Shown: positions 11,455 through 23,200 of the stretch, piece after piece
Layout of the letters: every line of letters starts with the position of its first letter
How positions within the stretch are numbered: the first letter of the stretch is position 1
Source: Halarcobacter sp.
GTDB lineage: Bacteria; Campylobacterota; Campylobacteria; Campylobacterales; Arcobacteraceae
NCBI GenBank assembly: GCA_048571215.1
Contig: CP182352.1
Location: 2,016,001 to 2,080,000 of the forward strand
DNA: 64,000 nt
Direction: 5' to 3'
The notes under the pieces: generated by a model
What the model was told of the DNA's origin: nothing
Database searches by the model: none
Seen by the model: only the letters and a program-made list of their open reading frames with translations
Made by a program: the position numbers and the translations under genes

Positions 11455-12002
11455 TACGCTCTTCCTTTAGTAAATGGAATTCCTACATGCTCTAATAATC
11501 TGTATGCTTCTGCATCGTTAGTAGCTGAAGTAGAAATTGAAATATTCATACCATGGGTTTTAATGATGTTATCATATACAACTTCTGGGAACATTAATTG
11601 CTCATTTAGACCAAAGTTAAAGTTTCCTCTTCCATCAAAACCATTTCTATTAAGACCTCTAAAGTCTTTTACTCTTGGTAAAGCAACTGAACAAAGTTTA
11701 TCAAGAAATGTATACATTCTTTCACCTCTTAGAGTTACTTTAACTCCTACTGGTGAACCCTCTCTTACTTTAAATCCTGCAACAGATTTTTTAGCAATAA
11801 CTTGAACTGCATTTTGACCTGCAATTAAAGAGATAGTATCTTGAATGCTTTGCATTAATTTACTATCTTTCATAGCTTCACCAGCTCCAACAGAGATAAC
11901 AACTTTTTCTAACTTAGCTGTTAACATTTTGTTTTTTGGAAACTCAGCTTCTAAAGCAGGTTTGATCTCTGCATTATATCTTTCAAATAATCTTGATGCC
12001 AT
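11454..12002 (-). CDS. rplE: 50S ribosomal protein L5
   Basis: [15 protein letters not shown]. Start at ATG 12002. Confidence 0.97.
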   Translation of the reverse strand: MASRLFERYNAEIKPALEAEFPKNKMLTAKLEKVVISVGAGEAMKDSKLMQSIQDTISLIAGQNAVQVIAKKSVAGFKVREGSPVGVKVTLRGERMYTFLDKLCSVALPRVKDFRGLNRNGFDGRGNFNFGLNEQLMFPEVVYDNIIKTHGMNISISTSATNDAEAYRLLEHVGIPFTKGRA

Positions 12003-12003
12003 C

Positions 12004-12243
12004 TTACTCACCTTCTACTTTTGCTACATTAGAGATGTTAATAGGCATCTCTTTGTTTACAAAACCACCTTCTGGGTTTTTCTCTTGGTCAGGTTTAACT
12101 GTTTTTTTAGCTACTTTACAATCTTTTACAATTACTTGCATAGTTGCAGGAAGTACTCGTAAAACTTCACCAGTTTTACCTTTGTCATCACCAGCAATAA
12201 TTTTTACAGTATCACCTTTTTTAATTTTTAACTTAACAGCCAT
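12004..12243 (-). CDS. rplX: 50S ribosomal protein L24
   Basis: KOW motif [18 protein letters not shown]. Start at ATG 12243. Confidence 0.97.
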   Translation of the reverse strand: MAVKLKIKKGDTVKIIAGDDKGKTGEVLRVLPATMQVIVKDCKVAKKTVKPDQEKNPEGGFVNKEMPINISNVAKVEGE

Positions 12244-12244
12244 C

Positions 12245-12613
12245 TTATAATACCTCCGGAGCAAGTGAAACAATTTTCATAAAACCTGAGTATCTAACTT
12301 CTCTAGCTACAGGTCCAAAAATTCTTGTTCCAATTGGTTCTTTTTTAGCATCAAGTATAACAGCTGCATTGTCATCAAATCTAATTAATGAACCATTTTC
12401 TCTTTGAACTTCTTTATGAGTTCTAACTACAACAGCTTTTACAACTTGACCTTTTTTAACTTTACCAGTTGGTAAAGCTTTTTTAACTGAAGCAACAATA
12501 ACATCACCAACAGTTGCATATCTTCTTTTAGAACCACCTAAAACTTTAATACACATGATCTCTTTTGCACCAGTGTTATCAGCTACATTTAATCTAGTAA
12601 AACTTTGAATCAT
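12245..12613 (-). CDS. rplN: 50S ribosomal protein L14
   Basis: [15 protein letters not shown]. Confidence 0.98.
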   Translation of the reverse strand: MIQSFTRLNVADNTGAKEIMCIKVLGGSKRRYATVGDVIVASVKKALPTGKVKKGQVVKAVVVRTHKEVQRENGSLIRFDDNAAVILDAKKEPIGTRIFGPVAREVRYSGFMKIVSLAPEVL

Positions 12614-12867
12614 TATTTAACTCCTGTAGCTACTATTTTCTTCAATCTAAAAGATTTTGTTTTTGATAAAGGTCTACATTCAACTGCAATTACAGTGTCA
12701 CCTTCATTTAATTCGTTTCTTTCATCATGAACTAAGTATTTTTTAAATCTCTTAACAGTCTTGTGATATTTTGGGTGTAAAACGTATCTTGTAACTACAA
12801 CAGATGCTGTTTTATCACCAGCTTTTTTTACCACTACACCTTGAATCTCTCTCTTATGCGTATTCAT
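12613..12867 (-). CDS. rpsQ: 30S ribosomal protein S17
   Basis: [15 protein letters not shown]. Confidence 0.97.
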   Translation of the reverse strand: MNTHKREIQGVVVKKAGDKTASVVVTRYVLHPKYHKTVKRFKKYLVHDERNELNEGDTVIAVECRPLSKTKSFRLKKIVATGVK

Positions 12868-12878
12868 ACCATAGACCC

Positions 12879-13070
12879 TTAGTTAGCTTTTGCAGCAGTT
12901 ATAGCTGTTTGAATTTGAGCGATATCTTTTTTACAAGCGCTTAATTCAGATGTATTAGTTAACTGCATAGTTTTTAGCTTAGCTTTTAATTCAAAAAGAA
13001 GCACCTTTTTCTCTTTTAATAACCCGTTTAGCTCTTCTAAACTTTTTTCTTTTAAATCAGAATAAATCAT
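12879..13070 (-). CDS. rpmC: 50S ribosomal protein L29
   Basis: Size, position between rplP and rps[10 protein letters not shown]. Confidence 0.93.
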   Translation of the reverse strand: MIYSDLKEKSLEELNGLLKEKKVLLFELKAKLKTMQLTNTSELSACKKDIAQIQTAITAAKAN

Positions 13071-13482
13071 TTTCACTATCTCTTGTTACAATTTTAGTTT
13101 TAAATGGTAATTTGTGTTGAGCTAAAGTTAAAGCTTCTCTAGCTAGGTCTTCAGAAACACCAGCCATCTCAAAACAAATTCTTCCAGGTTTAATATTCAT
13201 TACCCATTTATCAATAGGACCTTTACCTTTACCCATTCTTACTTCAAGAGGTCTTTTAGTTAAAGGCTTATGAGGGAATACCATGATCCAAACTTTACCT
13301 TGTCTTTTAATAGCTCTTGTCATAGCAATCCTAGCAGCTTCGATTTGTCTTGAATCGATTCTACCATGCTCAACTGCTTTTATACCAATATCTCCATAAG
13401 CTAATGTGTTGGCTCTTGTAGATTTTCCTCTATTTCTACCCTTCATTTGCTTTCTGTATTTAGTTCTTTTAGGCATTAACAT
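13057..13482 (-). CDS. rplP: 50S ribosomal protein L16
   Basis: [18 protein letters not shown]. Confidence 0.98.
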   Translation of the reverse strand: MLMPKRTKYRKQMKGRNRGKSTRANTLAYGDIGIKAVEHGRIDSRQIEAARIAMTRAIKRQGKVWIMVFPHKPLTKRPLEVRMGKGKGPIDKWVMNIKPGRICFEMAGVSEDLAREALTLAQHKLPFKTKIVTRDSENDLF

Positions 13483-13484
13483 GA

Positions 13485-14183
13485 TTATTTACCTCTTTTC
13501 TTTGTTGGTCTTCTCTTTGGTTTAGAAGCTTCTGGTTTTTCATGAGGGATACCTTTTGCAAGTACTTCACCTTTGAAAATCCAAACTTTAATACCAATAC
13601 AACCATAAGTTGTATGAGCTTCAGCAAATCCATAATCAATTCTAGCTCTTAGTGTATGTAAAGGAACTCTTCCCTCTAAGTACCACTCAGTTCTTGCCAT
13701 TTCAGCTCCACCAAGTCTACCAGAAACAGATACTTTAATACCCTTAGCACCAGATTTAAGAGCGTTTTGCATAACTCTTTTCATAGCTCTTCTGAATGCA
13801 ACTCTTCTTTCAAGTTGTTGTGCAACGTTTTCAGCAGATAATTGTCCAGAAAGTTGAGGCTTTCTCTCTTCTTTAATATTAACTGCAATCTCTTTACCAA
13901 CTAAAGCAGTAAGATTGTTTTTTAGTTTTTCAACGTCAGCACCTTTTTTACCGATAATAATACCAGGTCTAGCAGCTACAATAGTAACTCTAACTTTTTT
14001 AGCAGTTCTTTCAACAATAGTTTGTGCAACACCTGCATAATATAACTCTTTTTTAACAAATTTTCTAATTTTGTCATCTTCAGCTATGTTTGCTGGCATA
14101 TTAGCAATTTTAGGAAACCATCTTGATTCCCAGTTTCTGTTGATACCTAGTCTTAAACCTATTGGATTAACTTTTTGACCCAT
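13485..14183 (-). CDS. rpsC: 30S ribosomal protein S3
   Basis: [23 protein letters not shown]. Confidence 0.98.
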   Translation of the reverse strand: MGQKVNPIGLRLGINRNWESRWFPKIANMPANIAEDDKIRKFVKKELYYAGVAQTIVERTAKKVRVTIVAARPGIIIGKKGADVEKLKNNLTALVGKEIAVNIKEERKPQLSGQLSAENVAQQLERRVAFRRAMKRVMQNALKSGAKGIKVSVSGRLGGAEMARTEWYLEGRVPLHTLRARIDYGFAEAHTTYGCIGIKVWIFKGEVLAKGIPHEKPEASKPKRRPTKKRGK

Positions 14184-14515
14184 TACTTATCTCCTTTAGA
14201 TGCAGCAGCAACTTCAATCATAATATGTGCAGTTGGTTTGTGTTTTGGTGATGCACTACCTCTTGCTCTAGGAGTGAATCTTTTAAGAACAGGACCTTTG
14301 TCTACTCTTGCACTTGTAATAACTGCATCTTCTGGCTCTAAACCTGCATTTGCAACAGCTGAAGCGATTACTTTTGAAATAATTCCAGCAGCTTTATTTG
14401 GAGTGAATTCTAATGATGCAATAGCATACTCAGCATTCATACCTTGAACTTCTCTTGCAATAAGTCTTGCTTTTGTAGGTGAAAGTCTAATAAATTTTAA
14501 TATTGCTTTACTCAT
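14183..14515 (-). CDS. rplV: 50S ribosomal protein L22
   Basis: SPTKARL, PRARG. Confidence 0.97.
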   Translation of the reverse strand: MSKAILKFIRLSPTKARLIAREVQGMNAEYAIASLEFTPNKAAGIISKVIASAVANAGLEPEDAVITSARVDKGPVLKRFTPRARGSASPKHKPTAHIMIEVAAASKGDK

Positions 14516-14517
14516 TA

Positions 14518-14793
14518 TTATACCTTTCTTTGCACAGAACCTTTGTGCCCTTTAAAAGTTCTAGTTGGAGCGAATTCACCAAGTTTATATCCAACATGAT
14601 TTTCTGTAATATTTACAGGTACAAAATTTCTACCATTGTGCACATTAAAAGTTAAACCAATCATATCAGGTAATACCATTGATCTTCTTGACCAAGTTTT
14701 AATTGGTTTTTTATCGTTAGCTTCATTAGCTTTAATAACTTTTTTAATTAAGTGTGCGTCTACAAATGGACCTTTTTTTATTGATCTTGCCAT
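14518..14793 (-). CDS. rpsS: 30S ribosomal protein S19
   Basis: [17 protein letters not shown]. Confidence 0.98.
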   Translation of the reverse strand: MARSIKKGPFVDAHLIKKVIKANEANDKKPIKTWSRRSMVLPDMIGLTFNVHNGRNFVPVNITENHVGYKLGEFAPTRTFKGHKGSVQRKV

Positions 14794-14802
14794 CTTAAAC
14801 CC

Positions 14803-15630
14803 TTACTTCTTTCTTCTTGAAATGATTAATTTATCACTAGCTTTTTTCTTTCTAGTTTTATAACCTTTAGTTGGCATACCCCAAGGAGTAACTGGATGTC
14901 TTCCTGAGTTAGTTTTACCTTCACCACCACCGTGTGGGTGATCGATTGGGTTCATTGCACTACCTCTTGTTTGTGGTCTAATACCAAGGTGTCTAGTTCT
15001 ACCAGCTTTACCTACTACCATGTTTGAGAAATCTTCGTTTCCAACAACACCAATTGTTGCAATACAAACACCAAGAATTTTTCTCATCTCACCAGATGGT
15101 AATCTTAAGATTACATATTTATCTTCTCTACCCATAATTTGAGCATAACCACCAGCAGCTCTTGCAATCTGTCCACCTTTACCTGGTTTAAGTTCAATAT
15201 TGTGAACCATAGTACCAACAGGGATAGATTGTAATCTCATTGCATTACCTGGTAAAATATCAAGTCCTGATTCAGCAGCTTGAACTTTTGCTCCAACTTT
15301 TAATCCAGAAGGTTGAATAATATATCTTTTATCTCCATCTAAATATGTAACTAAACAGATTCTACAGTTTCTGTATGGGTCATATTCAATTGTAGAAATA
15401 GTACCTTCTACACCAAATTTATCTCTTTTGAAATCAATAATTCTATATAATTTTTTAGCACCTGCTTCTTTGTGTCTTGAAGTAATTCTACCGTTATTAT
15501 TTCTACCAGCTGATGCTTTTACTCTTGTAAGTAAAGATTTAACAGTTGGTTTAGAAGTAATATCAGAAGTATCCATAACAGACATAAATCTTCTTGCAGG
15601 AGTTATTGGTCTAAATTTTTTAATTGCCAT
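14803..15630 (-). CDS. rplB: 50S ribosomal protein L2
   Basis: [13 protein letters not shown]. Confidence 0.98.
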   Translation of the reverse strand: MAIKKFRPITPARRFMSVMDTSDITSKPTVKSLLTRVKASAGRNNNGRITSRHKEAGAKKLYRIIDFKRDKFGVEGTISTIEYDPYRNCRICLVTYLDGDKRYIIQPSGLKVGAKVQAAESGLDILPGNAMRLQSIPVGTMVHNIELKPGKGGQIARAAGGYAQIMGREDKYVILRLPSGEMRKILGVCIATIGVVGNEDFSNMVVGKAGRTRHLGIRPQTRGSAMNPIDHPHGGGEGKTNSGRHPVTPWGMPTKGYKTRKKKASDKLIISRRKK

Positions 15631-15641
15631 CTATAATCTCC

Positions 15642-15923
15642 TTAAGCTGAAAGGTTCGCTATTTCAGCGCCCTCAGGTAATGTAACATAGAATTTTTTGA
15701 AGTCAGCTCTTTTACCTGGTCTTCCTCTAAATCTTTTAACTTTACCATTTTGTCTTAAAGAGTTGATTTTTGATGGAGTTACTCCAAAATACTCTTTAAA
15801 TACTTCTTTTAAACCGTTTTTAGTCATTTTAGGACTAGTTTGAACAACGATTACACCATTTTCTTGAAGCTCGATTGTTTTTTCTGTATATAATATTGCT
15901 TTAATATCTGTAATATCTGCCAT
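15642..15923 (-). CDS. rplW: 50S ribosomal protein L23
   Basis: TEKT, KKFYVTL; position in the S10 operon. Confidence 0.96.
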   Translation of the reverse strand: MADITDIKAILYTEKTIELQENGVIVVQTSPKMTKNGLKEVFKEYFGVTPSKINSLRQNGKVKRFRGRPGKRADFKKFYVTLPEGAEIANLSA

Positions 15924-15924
15924 C

Positions 15925-16515
15925 TTACGCCTCTTTTGTCAATGAATCAAGTACTTCTTTTTCAACAAGTACTGAATGATATGCAGAAATAATGTATGCA
16001 TTAATTTCTTGCTTCTCAATCATATAACAATTTTTAATGTTTCTAAATGCTAAATAAGTTTTCTCATCAATTGAGTTAACAATAACAAGTGTATCTCTTT
16101 GATTTAATTCATTAATAATTGATACCGCATCTTTAGTTTTTCCAGATTCAACTGAAATTGAATCAGCTACAAATAAAGAACCTTTATCAGCATGTGCGTT
16201 AATAGCATATTGTAATGCTAAAACTTTTTGCTTTTTATTGATTTTTTGATTGTAGTTTCTTTTTGTAGGTCCAAAAATTTGACCCCCACCAACGAATAGT
16301 GGTGATCTTTTAGAACCCCATCTAGCTGCACCTGAACCTTTTTGAGCTTTAGGTTTTTTACCACCACCTCTTACATCAGTTCTGTTTTTTACTCTAGCAG
16401 TATTTGCTCTTTGCGCTGCTAAGTAAGATTTAACATATAGATATAAGTTATGAGAATTTATATCTTTGAAAGATTCTGGTAACTCATTTGTCTTTACTAC
16501 TACTGCATTACTCAT
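15925..16515 (-). CDS. rplD: 50S ribosomal protein L4
   Basis: [16 protein letters not shown]. Confidence 0.97.
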   Translation of the reverse strand: MSNAVVVKTNELPESFKDINSHNLYLYVKSYLAAQRANTARVKNRTDVRGGGKKPKAQKGSGAARWGSKRSPLFVGGGQIFGPTKRNYNQKINKKQKVLALQYAINAHADKGSLFVADSISVESGKTKDAVSIINELNQRDTLVIVNSIDEKTYLAFRNIKNCYMIEKQEINAYIISAYHSVLVEKEVLDSLTKEA

Positions 16516-17087
16516 TTAGCAATCCTTACTTTTCCTAATCCACCATTAGGTCCTGAAACTGAACCTTTAACAACTAATATACCAGTTTCTGAATCAAATG
16601 AAACTACTTCATTTTTAACAGATACATTTGTATTTCCGTATTGTCCTGGCATTTTTTTACCTGGCATAACTCTACCTGGCCATTCACAGTTACCGATAGA
16701 ACCTGTTCTTCTACCCATTCTGTGTCCGTGTGATGCTCTACCACCAGCGAAGTTCCATCTTTTAACTCCACCTTGAAAACCTCTACCTTTAGTTTTAAAA
16801 GTTGTTTTTAAAACTTTAGCTTCAGATAATCCAGCAACATCTAAATCACCAGCTTCACTATTTGCTACAGTAATTGTTGCAAATCTATTAAACTCTTTGC
16901 TTAAACCATATTTTTTTTGTTGACCTTCAATAGCTTTGTTAAATTTCTTACCAGAGCTATATGATACAAGTGCCACACCCTCATTTACGTCACATACTTT
17001 AGTATCAAGAACTTTTAAAAGTGTAACTGGCGTTGCAGGAACTGAAACAGTTCTACTCATACCGATTTTTTCTACGATAAATTCCAT
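16512..17087 (-). CDS. rplC: 50S ribosomal protein L3
   Basis: [23 protein letters not shown]. Confidence 0.97.
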   Translation of the reverse strand: MEFIVEKIGMSRTVSVPATPVTLLKVLDTKVCDVNEGVALVSYSSGKKFNKAIEGQQKKYGLSKEFNRFATITVANSEAGDLDVAGLSEAKVLKTTFKTKGRGFQGGVKRWNFAGGRASHGHRMGRRTGSIGNCEWPGRVMPGKKMPGQYGNTNVSVKNEVVSFDSETGILVVKGSVSGPNGGLGKVRIAK

Positions 17088-17104
17088 TTATTACCCTTTC
17101 TTTA

Positions 17105-17419
17105 TTATTCTTGACCCATTGATCTAACTTCAACATCAACTTCAGGAGCTAAGTCAAGTTTCATTAACGAATCTACTGTATCAGGAGTTGCTGCAATGAT
17201 ATCTATCATTCTTGTGTGAACTCTGATTTCAAACTGCTCTCTTGCGTCTTTGTTTACGTGAGGACCTTTAAGAACTGTATATTTTCTGATTTTAGTTGGT
17301 AAAGGTATAGGACCTCTCAACTCAGCACCAGTTCTCTTAACAGCTTCAACAATTGAAGCAACACTTCTGTCTAAAACTCTATGATCATAAGCTTTTAGCT
17401 TTAATCTTATTTTTTCCAT
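17105..17419 (-). CDS. rpsJ: 30S ribosomal protein S10
   Basis: [18 protein letters not shown]. Confidence 0.98.
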   Translation of the reverse strand: MEKIRLKLKAYDHRVLDRSVASIVEAVKRTGAELRGPIPLPTKIRKYTVLKGPHVNKDAREQFEIRVHTRMIDIIAATPDTVDSLMKLDLAPEVDVEVRSMGQE

Positions 17420-17478
17420 GTATTTTCCTTTAAAGAACTCGTTAGATGTACCAAAAAAAGCACTCTAACCATTTTTAT

Positions 17479-17515
17479 GGACGCGGATTATAACTTAATT
17501 CAAGTTAAATGTCAA
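17479..17515 (-). promoter_or_regulatory. Sigma70 promoter of the S10 operon with GC-rich discriminator
   Basis: Minus strand TTGACA (17515-17510), 17-bp spacer, TATAAT (17492-17487), then CCGCGTCC. Confidence 0.85.
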
Positions 17516-17714
17516 GTATTATGGGCTATTAATACAAAAAAGTACTAATTAGTTTCCTTTTTAGAAGGACAATATTTAAATATAATAACTCTTTATAAAT
17601 TTGTCTTTATTTACAAATTTTAAAATTTCTTTACTTTTTTATTCAATGTGACGGAAATGTGACATTTTTTTACTAAAATTTTTTAAAACTTATTTTGTAA
17701 ATGAAGGATTTTAT

Positions 17715-18062
17715 ATGATGATATATAATTTAATGTCAAAAGTTGAAGAATTTTATGAAAATACTAGATCTCGAAAAGATATAGATGTATCAAAAAATTT
17801 AAGTTGGGGATACTATTTTTCTAGTATTGATAAAGGACCTTTAGAAAGAGTTAAAGAGTTATTGTTAAATGAAAAAGGGTATTCATACGCTGAGATTATT
17901 AAAGAAAGAGAAGACAGTAAATATTATCTTCATATAGAGAAAATTGAAAAACATACAATCAATTCTCTTACACAAAGAGATATTGAACTAAAAAATTATG
18001 CAGAAGAGTTTAATATCGAATCATATGATGGGTTTGACGTAGAAAAGATTGGATTTATCTAA
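17715..18062 (+). CDS. RraB-like (regulator of ribonuclease activity B) domain protein
   Basis: WGYYF near the N-terminus and C-terminal YDGFDV; small acidic protein. Confidence 0.65.
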   Translation: MMIYNLMSKVEEFYENTRSRKDIDVSKNLSWGYYFSSIDKGPLERVKELLLNEKGYSYAEIIKEREDSKYYLHIEKIEKHTINSLTQRDIELKNYAEEFNIESYDGFDVEKIGFI

Positions 18063-18680
18063 TCACATATTTGCATTATGATAAAAGAAATTTCCTAAAC
18101 CTATTGTAAATATCATATTACCATATAAAGCATGCTCTATACACACCAAAGTAAAAGAGCGTGTCTTTAAATATGTACTCATAAATATAAAACCGCCAAT
18201 CAAAGAAAATACTACTGCTATATAGTTACTAAATACAATATGGATAAAACCAAACACTATTGCATTTACTAAAACAAAATATTTTGTAGATAGATTCTCT
18301 TTATATCTAAAAAGAAAAAACTTTCTAAATATTATCTCTTGAGGAACAACTGATAAAAGGGGATATAAAAACATAACTAATATATAAAATAAAAAATTCT
18401 CTTTTACAAATACAAATAACAATTCACTATAAAAGGTTTTTGTAAATAAAAATACCAACATAGATATAAGTATAAATCTTATAAGTATTAATTTCAATTC
18501 ATTTAAATCAAACATTTTAAATGACATTATAGTTTTAGTTTTTAAAAGTATATATATACTATATAAAGCAACTAACCATAATATTGGAATAAGTAATTTC
18601 AATGATATAATTTTAAAAAAAAATAGTAGTGGTAGAATTATAAAAAATGTTAAAAACTCAATATATTTTAGTGTATTCAC
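18063..18680 (-). CDS. CPBP/Abi family intramembrane protease
   Basis: Hydrophobic; QEIIFR, FGFIH, EHALYG. Confidence 0.85.
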   Translation of the reverse strand: MNTLKYIEFLTFFIILPLLFFFKIISLKLLIPILWLVALYSIYILLKTKTIMSFKMFDLNELKLILIRFILISMLVFLFTKTFYSELLFVFVKENFLFYILVMFLYPLLSVVPQEIIFRKFFLFRYKENLSTKYFVLVNAIVFGFIHIVFSNYIAVVFSLIGGFIFMSTYLKTRSFTLVCIEHALYGNMIFTIGLGNFFYHNANM

Positions 18681-18778
18681 TTAATCCCCTTGTGTAAACA
18701 AGGATTATAAAATATATTAGTGACAATTTAGTTATGGTTTAAAAAACTATTATAAACTATAAAAATGGCTTTTATACT

Positions 18779-20023
18779 TTATTGATAAAAGCCTGAAAAT
18801 AAAAGTATATCATCACTATCTTTATTGTCTAAATCTTTTACTACCATATCTTTTATAATCATCCCAATACTTGGAGCAAAAGTCATACCAAGCCAACCTA
18901 GTCCCATAGCATATATTAGATTTTTATACTCTTCATCTCTTCCAATAAGAGGCATATCATTTGGAGTAAGTGGTCTAAACCCAGTCCACTCTACAATATC
19001 TTTCATTTCAAATGGAATTGTATAATTTGCAAAATTTTCTTTTATACTATCTATTTGCTCTTTTACTATTTGTGTATTTGTTGAACCAATCTCTAATTTT
19101 GAAGTTAGTCTTACACTATCTCTTCTTGGTGTCATTACAATAAAAAGATCATTAAATAGTGTTGATGTTTTTGGTTTTAGTTCATCGGGCATAGTAAAAG
19201 TGATACTATAACCTTTTGCAGGTGTCATCATAAGCTCTTTTTTTCTTAAACTTGCAAGCATAGTTTGATATCCCGTAGCCATTATATAAGTTTGAGCTTC
19301 ATAGATTTTACCTGGAGAAGATATATATTTTATCTCTTTATTTTCTATTCTTATATTATGAATCTTCTCATTTAAAATAAACTCAACTCCATTTTCACTT
19401 AAATATCTTTTTATCTCTAGCATTGCTCTTTTGGGATCAAAGTGAGCATTTTTCTTAAAAAGCATCGCCCCTTTTATTTTTTCAATATCTCCAAAAGGAA
19501 GATACTCTTTAATTTGCTCTTTATTCAATACAGAGAATCTCTCCTCATCTACATAATTATATTTTTTTAATTTCTCTTCATAGGTTTTCTCTTCTGTAAA
19601 TACAGATAACATCCCTTTTTGATGAAAGTCCAAATCTAAACCTTCCTCATCTTGCATATACTTATACATATCGTTTGTAATTTGTCCATACTTTTCAAAA
19701 AGCATAATAGTTCTTTTAAACCGCGTCTCATTTGCACTTGCTGCAAATTTAAAAAGCCATTTATATATATCTAAATCTAAACTTGGATGAAGTTTTACAG
19801 GGGATTCACCTTTTATCATCTGTTTTAAAGTATTTGTAATCACCCCTGGGTAACTTAATGAACCTTTGTCAAATGCAGATAATAATCCAGCATTTCCAAA
19901 AGAGGTTGAGTTTGTAATATCACCCTCATCTATAATAGTAACTTCCCGTCCAGCTTTTACTAAGGAGTAAGCAGTCATTAAACCCACAACTCCACCACCT
20001 ATAATAATTACATCTTTTTTCAT
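18779..20023 (-). CDS. FAD-dependent oxidoreductase, D-amino acid dehydrogenase (DadA)-like
   Basis: IIGGGVVG, SFGNAG, KGYS, WTGFRPLTP. Start moved to ATG 20023. Confidence 0.88.
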   Translation of the reverse strand: MKKDVIIIGGGVVGLMTAYSLVKAGREVTIIDEGDITNSTSFGNAGLLSAFDKGSLSYPGVITNTLKQMIKGESPVKLHPSLDLDIYKWLFKFAASANETRFKRTIMLFEKYGQITNDMYKYMQDEEGLDLDFHQKGMLSVFTEEKTYEEKLKKYNYVDEERFSVLNKEQIKEYLPFGDIEKIKGAMLFKKNAHFDPKRAMLEIKRYLSENGVEFILNEKIHNIRIENKEIKYISSPGKIYEAQTYIMATGYQTMLASLRKKELMMTPAKGYSITFTMPDELKPKTSTLFNDLFIVMTPRRDSVRLTSKLEIGSTNTQIVKEQIDSIKENFANYTIPFEMKDIVEWTGFRPLTPNDMPLIGRDEEYKNLIYAMGLGWLGMTFAPSIGMIIKDMVVKDLDNKDSDDILLFSGFYQ

Positions 20024-20259
20024 TGAATTTCCTAATTTTAGCATATCAACTTTACATATTATGATACTAAAAAGAGTATTTAAAATGCAATTTTTATTGT
20101 CTATTTTATATAAAGTTACAAAATAGTTAAGCTATGAAATATGTAACTAAATTATAACTATATGATAATAATAGACTTAGTTTATTAGCAAGTTTTGTAA
20201 TTAAATAGTAATTTTAAAGATATAAAATTTGAAAAATTTATACTAAGGAAATAGAAGAA

Positions 20260-23200
20260 ATGAAAATAAAATTACAATACTTATCAGTAATAACAGCTTT
20301 AGCTTTATTTACTGGATGTGGAGGTAGTAGCAGTAGCAGTAGTAGTAGTTCATCATCAAGTTCAAAAATCTCAGGATTTGCTATTGATGGATACATTAGT
20401 GATGCAACAGTATGTGCAGATTTAAATAATAATCAAGCTTGTGATACAGATGAACCTTCTACAACAACAAAGGCAGATGGTTCATTTATACTTGAAGGTG
20501 AAAATATTAATGGTGCGACTTTATTGTTAAAAGGTGGTACAGATATAGGTACAGGTTTAGCTTTTGAAGGACAAATGACAGCACCTTCAGGTTCTAAAAC
20601 AATTACTCCACTTACAACAATGATTCAATCATTGGTTTCAAAAGGGAAAAGCCAAACAGATGCAGAAACAATTGTAAAAACTAATTTGGGAATCTCTTCA
20701 GATGTTGATTTAAAAAATTATGATCCTATTAAAGCATTAACATCTAATGGAAAAGATGTAAATGCAAAAAAAGTATTAATAGAACAAACAAAAATTCAAA
20801 TGTTAATTTCAGTAATTAGTAATACAGTAAATGGATTAGTTGATGATGCAGATACAAAAAACTATTTATCTTCTACTTTTGATAGTATTGCTACAAAATT
20901 AGAAAATGCAGAAGACATCACTGACTCTTCTGTTATAGATAGTATGATTGATGATGCTGTAAATGATGCACTATCACAATTAAATCAATCTCAAATAGAT
21001 GAAAAGAAAACAAAACTAAATGGTGTTAAAAATGCAATTAGAACTAAGATTAAAACAGCAATTGATGAAACTGTAAATCAAATTGAAGGACTAAAAGATA
21101 ATTCAATTCTTGATATTGCTAATTCAGGACTTAATATTGTTATTTCACAAATTGCTACAAAATCTAAAATTGCATCTAAAAATGGAGATAGTACTTCATT
21201 AGATAATTTTAAAGTAAAAGAAGAGTTAGATAAAAAATATGTTGAAAAATCTAAAAAATTTATCAATAAACTTGTTGATGTAAAATTTGAAGCGATAAAA
21301 ATACCTCTTACAGATGAGACACAACAAAATATTCAAAATACAAAAGCAATCAATGTTAATGGTAATAAACAAGTAATTGATTTCAAGGTTTTAAGAGCAA
21401 CAGGAGAATTTGATAATGGGGAAATATTTGGTCAAGTAAAAGATTACCAAGACCAACCAATTCAATTTGATGATTCAAGCAATTATATTTGTAATGGTAC
21501 AAATGCAGGAGTTGGTTCAGGACTTGATTTCTCTTCTATTTTACAAAGAAACAATAAATTATATATGGTAAACCAATTTGAATGTAGTATTGGTGCAATG
21601 TATATGTTTGAATTAGAGCAAGATCCAAACACTGGTGTTTTATCTCCGAAAAAAGATACATTACAATATATTTCACAAAAAGATGAGTTTGGTGGATTTA
21701 CACACTGTGCAGGTATGGTTACACCGTGGCAGTCCCATTTAAGTTCTGAAGAGTACGAACCAGATGCTAAAGCTATAGGGGCAAAAAAGGAAAATAAATA
21801 TTATGATGAAGTTAATAAATATTGGGGAGGTGATGCATCTAAAAACAACCCTTATTATTATGGTTGGACTCCAGAAGTAAAAATAACTGACGATGGAAAA
21901 CCTGAATATACTAAACACTACTCAATGGGAAGAATTTCACATGAGTTATCTTATGTTATGCCAGATAGAAAAACTATTTACATGACTGATGATGGGGATA
22001 ATGTTGGTTTGTATATGTATATTGCAGACAAAAAAGAGGATTTAACATCAGGTACATTATATGCAGCAAAATTTACACAAGTTGAAGCATATCAAGGTGG
22101 TAAATTCACATTAGAATGGATTAATCTAGGACATGCAAGTAATAGTGAAATAAAAACTGAACTTAATAAACAACCAAAATTTACTGATATATTTGATGAA
22201 GTTGCATTAAACTCAGATAATACATGTGCTAATGGATACACTTCAATTAACACTTCAAATGGTGCAGAGTGTTTAAAAATCAAACCAGGTATGGAAAAAA
22301 TTGCTTCAAGACTGGAGACAAGAAGATATTCAGCAATTAAAGGTGCAACTACTGAACTTAAAAAAGAGGAAGGTATTGCTTATGACCCTGTACACAATAA
22401 ACTGTATATTGCAATAACTGAAATATCAGGGGGAATGGAAGACAATAAAGTATATGGTGTTGATGATACAAAGTATGATAAAGCGGGTTATAATCATATA
22501 AAACTTCCTGATAATGTATGTGGAGGAGTTTATGCTCTTGATTTAGATAAAGGAACAAATAGTGACTATATAGCACAAAACTTTTATGCTATTTTAACAG
22601 GAGAAACAAAAGATTATGAAGGAACAACATATGCTGGTAACTCTTGTGATGTAGAGAATATAGCAAGTCCAGATAATGTAACATTTATTCCTAATAGTAA
22701 TATACTAATCATAGGTGAAGATACTTCAGCTCATAAAAATAATATGGTTTGGGCATATAATGTAGAAACAGGTATTTTAGATAGAATAATGTCTGTTCCA
22801 ACTGGTGCTGAAGCTACATCTACAGATTGGTATTCAGATATTAATGGATTTTCATATCAAACATTAGTAACTCAACACCCTAAAGTTGGTGCAAAACAAT
22901 CAAGTATTGGTGTATTAGGACCAATAAAAAATTTAGATAAAATTTTAAAATTGGAAAGTAAGCCAATAGATATAAAAGTTCCTGATTATAAAGTAGCTGG
23001 TCCTGGAGATATTGAAGGAGAATTACCACCTTGCTATTCAAATAAAGATGGTTTAGTTTATAAATCAAACTTTGAGTGTAGATCACTTCTTCCTTGGTCA
23101 ACTTATAGTACTGCAAGTGATCAAAACTGGGAAGTTAGATCTCATGGTGGTTCATATTATGCATTTATTAGTGGTTATATAGATAATGAACCTGCCGATG

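Noticed and set aside
2035..17127. Many 60-105 aa plus-strand ORFs opposite aspS and the ribosomal genes
   Set aside because: They are antisense shadows of well-conserved genes, with no RBS or recognisable motifs.
20326..20364. AGT/AGC/TCA microsatellite
   Set aside because: It encodes the ordinary poly-Ser linker following a lipoprotein cysteine.
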